From assembly GCA_044869275.1 (NCBI GenBank), contig JBIOXB010000213.1, positions 11,075-75,074 on the forward strand: a DNA stretch of 64,000 nt, written 5' to 3'. The stretch comes from a bacterium (GTDB lineage Bacteria > Zhuqueibacterota > Zhuqueibacteria > Zhuqueibacterales > Zhuqueibacteraceae). The notes beneath the pieces are model-generated. The model made no database searches and was not told the DNA's origin. It saw only the letters and a list, made by a program, of their open reading frames with translations. Within the stretch, counting starts at the first letter, position 1. The number at the start of each line of letters is the position of its first letter. A program made the translations under genes and the position numbers. This document shows, one piece after another, positions 59,004-64,000 of this stretch.

Positions 59004-61001
59004 TCACCATTCCCCCTTCAACATCGCATACGCCTGCACCATGGCGCCGGTGCTGGCGGCAAAGGCCGGTGCGCCGCGCGGGTGATGCGGTGCCTCGCTG
59101 TCGTACATCTGCGCGATCAAGCCTTCACAGGGATGAAAGGAAGCTTCGAACAATGGCGAGAATCTCTCCAGTAGCGGCTTGCCGTCTTCATAGGCGCGCA
59201 GATAGGCGCGAACGAATGGCGCCACCAGCCACGGATGCACCGTGCCGTTATGCATGGCGGAGGCGATTTGACGCGGCGAGCCTGCGCATTTTCCGGAGTA
59301 GGCGGGATGATCCGGTGCGAGCGTGCGCAAGCCAAAAGGCGTGAGCAGCTTTTCCATCGCGACATTCACGATTGCCGCGGTCTGCGTCGGCGTGAAGCAC
59401 ATGAAGGGCAGGCCCGCGGCAATCACGGCATTGGGACGAATCACAGTATCGGCATCTCCCACCAGCTCGGTTTGGAGGAAGGGCGTGCGCTTTTCCGGCG
59501 GCAGCGCCTGCTCGCTCATGGTGTCGTGCACAAAGCCGGCGCTTTCATGCCAGAACTTCTCGCGCAATGCCTTGCCGGCGCGTTCGGCCAATTCGCTGCA
59601 TTTTTTCTCACCCGCCTGCTTTTCCAGCGCACGCGAAAATTCCACCATCGCCATAAGCGCATTGTACCACAGCGCCTGCACTTCGACGGCACGCTCCAGA
59701 CGCGGAGTGGCAAGCCAGTTGCCGATGCGCGCATTCATCCAGGTCATGGGCACACTGAAATCGCTCGGCACAATCATGCCGTTCACACTGTCGTATTTGA
59801 TTCCAGGCGTCGTTCCCGACAAGTGCGCGTGCAAAATCTCCAGCAAAACCGCATACACGCCGGCGATGAAATCATAATCCTGGCTCACGCGCCAATATTC
59901 ATACACCGCCACGAACAGCCACAGCGTGGCATCGAGGCTTTCATAATTCGGGCTTTCCGCGCGCGGCGAGAAGACGTGAGGGATCAAGCCTTGATTGACA
60001 TGTTTGAGAAAGAGATTAAAGACCTGTTTGGCAAGCTCGAATTCGCCGCGGCACAGCAATAACCCCGGCAAGGCAATCATGGCCTCGCGGCCCTGATCGG
60101 GCAACAGCGGATAGCCGGCGAGAATGGTGGGATTGTCGAGCGAAAACATCGTGGGCCGGCGAATCAAAAACTGCCGTGATTTCTGCGCAAAGTTTTCCAG
60201 CCCGGCAACGCGCGAGGCCCAGGCAGATGCGGCGAGCTGGGTCTGGCGCCGCAATTCCTGCTGGAAGGCGGCTTCGGCGTCCCATGCCGGTGGGCCCTCG
60301 TAGGCGAGTAAAATTGTGACCGGCGCGGAGGGCTGCAAAGAAAACTCGAAGGTGAGCGGCAGATACACTTCGTGCGAGTGCCAGCGCGCGGTCTGCTCGT
60401 TATACAGCTCGATCGTGCGCCACGTATTCACCGGTATGTTCTTTTGCACAGGCTGGACCGCGATCATCCAGGGCTTGTCATTGGGGTCGGCATACATGCA
60501 CAGGCCCTGCGGCGTTTTTTGCACGAGGTAGGATTCGGCCAGCGGGGTTTGATTTTGCAAATCGCGGATCTCGATGAAAGGCGTCAAGCGCAGCGGCACG
60601 GCCTTCTCGCCGCCAATATTCTCGTAGCGAATAAAAATACCGTGGAAATCCTGCGGCATCCACAGACGCTCGACGATGGAATAGCCGCGCAGCGAATAGA
60701 TGAAAGTGGGCATGCCCTCGCTGCTATCGAAGCGATAGGTCAGCTCCTGCGGAATTGCTTCCTGCGCATCGACGGTGGGAACTTGCGCATGCAAAATCGA
60801 CCAGCGCTCCTGCCAGTAGACTTGCGCCGCGATCATACGCACGAAGCTCGCGCGCTGCAGTGGCGGGCGGATGGGCGCGGCCAGCAAATAATGATCGGAG
60901 GCTGTGCAGCCGCCATCCACGCTGCCCATGGCGTAAGCGCCCAGGCCGTTGGCCAACAACCAGTGTTTTCGTCTCAGATTCCCGGTATGGCGTGCCAGCA
61001 T
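59004..61001 (-). CDS. Glycogen-debranching (amylo-alpha-1,6-glucosidase-like) homologue, probably catalytically inactive; start uncertain
   Basis: WLLANGLGAYA N-domain, AGYP, DATLW, TWMN, VEVQALWYNAL, IRPN, LLTPFGLRTLAP, HNGTV.PWL. Confidence 0.85.
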   Translation of the reverse strand: MLARHTGNLRRKHWLLANGLGAYAMGSVDGGCTASDHYLLAAPIRPPLQRASFVRMIAAQVYWQERWSILHAQVPTVDAQEAIPQELTYRFDSSEGMPTFIYSLRGYSIVERLWMPQDFHGIFIRYENIGGEKAVPLRLTPFIEIRDLQNQTPLAESYLVQKTPQGLCMYADPNDKPWMIAVQPVQKNIPVNTWRTIELYNEQTARWHSHEVYLPLTFEFSLQPSAPVTILLAYEGPPAWDAEAAFQQELRRQTQLAASAWASRVAGLENFAQKSRQFLIRRPTMFSLDNPTILAGYPLLPDQGREAMIALPGLLLCRGEFELAKQVFNLFLKHVNQGLIPHVFSPRAESPNYESLDATLWLFVAVYEYWRVSQDYDFIAGVYAVLLEILHAHLSGTTPGIKYDSVNGMIVPSDFSVPMTWMNARIGNWLATPRLERAVEVQALWYNALMAMVEFSRALEKQAGEKKCSELAERAGKALREKFWHESAGFVHDTMSEQALPPEKRTPFLQTELVGDADTVIRPNAVIAAGLPFMCFTPTQTAAIVNVAMEKLLTPFGLRTLAPDHPAYSGKCAGSPRQIASAMHNGTVHPWLVAPFVRAYLRAYEDGKPLLERFSPLFEASFHPCEGLIAQMYDSEAPHHPRGAPAFAASTGAMVQAYAMLKGEW

Positions 61002-61214
61002 AGCTCTCGTAGTCCTTGCCCGCGTCCAATTGCGCTCCCTTCCCCCCAGTCCGTTTTCGTCATGAACATGGAATATACCGCCGTTGGCCTGGAAGTGAGC
61101 ATGAAATCTTTTTGCAGATTTGCAATATTGCAATTTGCTTGTTACTTTTTCATGCCTGTCGGCGTCGGCCGCGAACCAATGAGAAGTTCACCCCCGTGAG
61201 GAGAGGAACTATTT

Positions 61215-63497
61215 ATGAATTGCAATCGAATTTTAGGCATGGTCATAACCCTGGCATTCGCCGTTCCTGCTTTCGCGCAGTTCACCGATTTCAACACCGA
61301 CAGTGCCTACGCTAATTTGCATTACCTCGCCGTAACCATTGGGCCGCGCCCCATGGGTTCGCATCATGAGCGCGCCGCGCTGGCGTGGACGGCGCGCAGG
61401 TTCGCCGCGTTTGGCGCGGATACGGCTTACGTCATGCCGGTTCCGCGCTCGAAGAACACCAATACCACTTCCGGTGTGGCGATTGGAATTTTTCCAGGCC
61501 GCTCCGACAGCATCATCGTCATCGGCGGCCACATCGATTCCGACTTTCGCGAAAATCCCGGCGCGAATGACGACGCCTCGGGCACGGCAGTGATGATCGA
61601 GCTTGCGCGTGCATGGAGCAGGGCGCCCCGGCGGTACACCCTGCTCTTCGCCGCCTTCGGCGGGGAGGAAGGCGGCCTGGTGGGGTCACGCTGGTTTGTG
61701 GATCACTTTGAACCGCTCGCGCGCGTTGCCCTCATGCTGCAAATCGACATGGCCGGCAGTGAGGAGGCTTTGATTCCTTTTTTCGACACCAAAACGCATC
61801 AGGCGCCGGAGTGGCTGGTGCGCGATGCTTACGCCATGGACCGCAAGCTGGGCTACCACAGCCTGGATTATCCCCAGGCCTTTTTTACCTTAAACAGATT
61901 GATGGGCGGTGCAGGATCGGATCACGATCCTTTTCTCGGAAAAAGGATTCCCGCCATTGACTTTACCGCCGGCGTCAACACTTCTCCCATTCACACCATG
62001 AACGACCGCATGCGGTTCATCGACAAAAACTCGCTGGCGCGCAGCGGCAAAATCGTGGAGGGCTTGCTCAAACAATACGACACCCAGGGTATTCCCGCAC
62101 CGCGCACGGGCAACTATCTGCTGCTGGAAATGTTCGGCGGCATTTGGTTTCTGCCGGAGGCGGGCATGATGGCCATCAACGCGCTGGCGATTTTGTTGGG
62201 CCTCGCCGCCTACGTGCGCAGCCGCAGCCAGCGCCGGCACCTCGACCAGGCACAGCGCGTGCGTTTCTCCGGCAGCAAAGTATTTTTCCTGGTGATCGTG
62301 ATCGCCATCTTCGCCCAGCTCGGCGAAGCCGGTATGCAATGGCTCAAAGGGTTGCGCTATCCCTGGTATGTGCCGTTGCAGCAGTATTTGATTCTGGCCG
62401 CGCTGTCCGCGCTGGCCGGCGTTTGGCTGGGATTGCAGTTGACCAATCGCTGGCGTTTCAGCGACGAGCCGCACGTTTATTTCTGGCGCGCCGTGATGCC
62501 GCTGCTGGTGGTGACCAGCTTGTGCTGGATCGCCGATGCGCGGCTCGCGCTTTATCCCGCCTGTGCCTTGCTGCTTGCGGGTTTGACGGTGCTGCTGTCC
62601 GGCGTGTGGACCAGGGTGATCCCGGCTGCGCTCGCGCCTGTGCCGCTTTTGCTGTTGATGTTTAACGAAGCCTTTCCCCTTTTGAGCCGCAGCCTGCCGC
62701 ACAATATGGTGAACATGAACGGCTGGGTGCCGGCGTTGATCTACAGCTCCATATTGACTCTGATCTTGATCCTGTGGTATTTTCCCGTGGTGTACCTTTT
62801 CGCCGCCGCGTACACGCGGCAGAAGCACGAGCTTGCCGGGCTGCGGGTATTGCGCACGAAAACCGCGGGTGCGATTCTGCTGCTGGTGCTGGCGGCCTAC
62901 GGCGGCTATTTGTACGCGCAACCGGCTTACGATGAAAAATGGCGCGCCTTCCTGCGCGTGACCCTGCAATATGATTCCAATACCAAAGAGAGCAAGCTCA
63001 AGCTCGCCGGCGACGAATACTTTCGCGGCGTCGAGGTGAAAACGCCGGACTCGAGCAAGAGCTACGATGCACGCCTGCATTCGGCCGAATGGCCGCTGGC
63101 CTTTTCCGCCGACTGGATGCAAATCACCGGGGCGACCGCGTGGGACAACGCGGATACCGGCGCAGCTTCCATTGATTGGCAGCTCGCCACCTCGCGGCCG
63201 TGGGAACGAGTGCGTGTCGATTTGCAGACGGATACGCTCGCGCTCGCCGAGGCGACGTCGCCGTGGGTTTTCACCCGTCAAAAAGGAGCGATGCGATTCG
63301 AGTGGGGCGCCCAGCCCGCCGACACCCTGCAGCTCAGGGCACAATTCAAAATGCCCGCGGCGGCCAGGCTCATCCGAAAGATTACGGCAACTTATGCTGA
63401 GCTGCCGGTGCCGGTGGAAGTGAAGGGCCGGTATGCAGAGGTGATTTACCGTACGGAAGTGGTGCGGCAGGACACGTTGAGGGTGGGCGTGCAATAA
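61215..63497 (+). CDS. M28 family metallopeptidase with multi-pass membrane domain
   Basis: Signal peptide; GGHIDS, GANDDASG, GEEGGLVGS, IDM, SDH, IHT..D; about eight TMs follow. Confidence 0.9.
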   Translation: MNCNRILGMVITLAFAVPAFAQFTDFNTDSAYANLHYLAVTIGPRPMGSHHERAALAWTARRFAAFGADTAYVMPVPRSKNTNTTSGVAIGIFPGRSDSIIVIGGHIDSDFRENPGANDDASGTAVMIELARAWSRAPRRYTLLFAAFGGEEGGLVGSRWFVDHFEPLARVALMLQIDMAGSEEALIPFFDTKTHQAPEWLVRDAYAMDRKLGYHSLDYPQAFFTLNRLMGGAGSDHDPFLGKRIPAIDFTAGVNTSPIHTMNDRMRFIDKNSLARSGKIVEGLLKQYDTQGIPAPRTGNYLLLEMFGGIWFLPEAGMMAINALAILLGLAAYVRSRSQRRHLDQAQRVRFSGSKVFFLVIVIAIFAQLGEAGMQWLKGLRYPWYVPLQQYLILAALSALAGVWLGLQLTNRWRFSDEPHVYFWRAVMPLLVVTSLCWIADARLALYPACALLLAGLTVLLSGVWTRVIPAALAPVPLLLLMFNEAFPLLSRSLPHNMVNMNGWVPALIYSSILTLILILWYFPVVYLFAAAYTRQKHELAGLRVLRTKTAGAILLLVLAAYGGYLYAQPAYDEKWRAFLRVTLQYDSNTKESKLKLAGDEYFRGVEVKTPDSSKSYDARLHSAEWPLAFSADWMQITGATAWDNADTGAASIDWQLATSRPWERVRVDLQTDTLALAEATSPWVFTRQKGAMRFEWGAQPADTLQLRAQFKMPAAARLIRKITATYAELPVPVEVKGRYAEVIYRTEVVRQDTLRVGVQ

Positions 63498-63971
63498 TCA
63501 GTGCTCAAGGTTAGGCCCTTTATGTACGCCATTGTGGGCGTGGGGAATGAGGCCGAGAAAAAATGCGCCATAATGCACGGCAACGGGATCGGTGAAATCG
63601 AATGCTTCCGGCACCAGAATGAAACCCAAGTGCACCTCCGTGCTGCACAGCTTGCCGCCGAACCGCTGGCGATAATCGGCGGGCACAATATCCAAGCCGT
63701 CGCCCGTGCGCCGGGGCTGCCAGCTTTGAGCTTCCTGTTCAAAGCGGAGCTTCTCCGGGTCAAAGTATACCGTTCCGCCGTGCGAAGTTGAGGCGATCAC
63801 CAACAAGGGCGTAACCTTTTCAACGAACAAGGTGCGCACGCGTTGGATGATTTCGTCGTTCAAGGCCATCTCAATAAAGAACTCTATTTTTCCGGCAGGC
63901 TGTGGCCGCACCACAAAAGTCGCCGTCTCGGCCGCCTCCCGAAGTATTTTTGTTGACATGAGTGGAAACAT
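63498..63971 (-). CDS. Hypothetical protein
   Basis: 157-aa ORF whose stop abuts the M28 stop; GGAGA upstream; no motif recognised. Confidence 0.6.
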   Translation of the reverse strand: MFPLMSTKILREAAETATFVVRPQPAGKIEFFIEMALNDEIIQRVRTLFVEKVTPLLVIASTSHGGTVYFDPEKLRFEQEAQSWQPRRTGDGLDIVPADYRQRFGGKLCSTEVHLGFILVPEAFDFTDPVAVHYGAFFLGLIPHAHNGVHKGPNLEH

Positions 63972-64000
63972 CGCAATCTCCCGGACAGGCCCTGCCCTCT

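Overview
Bacterial chromosomal window, moderately GC-rich by eye, with no rRNA, CRISPR array, prophage or intact transposase. Secreted proteins with 'LAQN(Y/F)PNPF' FlgD/CTD-type tails and the tilS-hpt-ftsH-TPR-folP-dacA gene order suggest an FCB-group organism such as candidate division KSB1 or Calditrichota (inference). In order: (1) 0.2-8 kb, a three-gene envelope redox locus encoding a tandem GlcG/HbpS-domain lipoprotein, a putative outer-membrane beta-barrel and a 1229-aa ten-CxxCH cytochrome with an LVIVD-type propeller; (2) 8.8-15.3 kb, an AT-richer accessory patch of intact and decayed toxin-antitoxin modules plus a Tat FAD oxidoreductase; (3) a secreted protein, an NtrY/NtrC-type pair and an S9 peptidase; (4) sucrose-phosphate synthase/phosphatase plus sucrose synthase, divergent from a pentose-phosphate cluster (tkt, pgi, rpe, zwf, pgl); (5) S8 protease, FAH hydrolase and a large BNR/PKD secreted protein; (6) housekeeping genes (dacA, folP, ftsH, hpt, tilS, tRNA-CAT, hisS) and BrnT/antitoxin; (7) plsC, a TPR-DUF2723-like fusion, PhzF, a glycogen-debranching homologue with both putative catalytic acids replaced by amides, and an M28 peptidase. 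Most intergenic gaps hold small repeats: a TIR-bounded MITE-like element with GAATC flanks, REP-like hairpins with compensatory stem changes, and inverted arrays of 6-9 nt units. Best leads: the porin-decaheme-HbpS locus, the GDE pseudoenzyme, the MITE/REP/inverted-microsatellite system, and two genes collapsed in frame at 6-bp microhomologies. All protein family calls come from motif recognition by eye; no database search was run.
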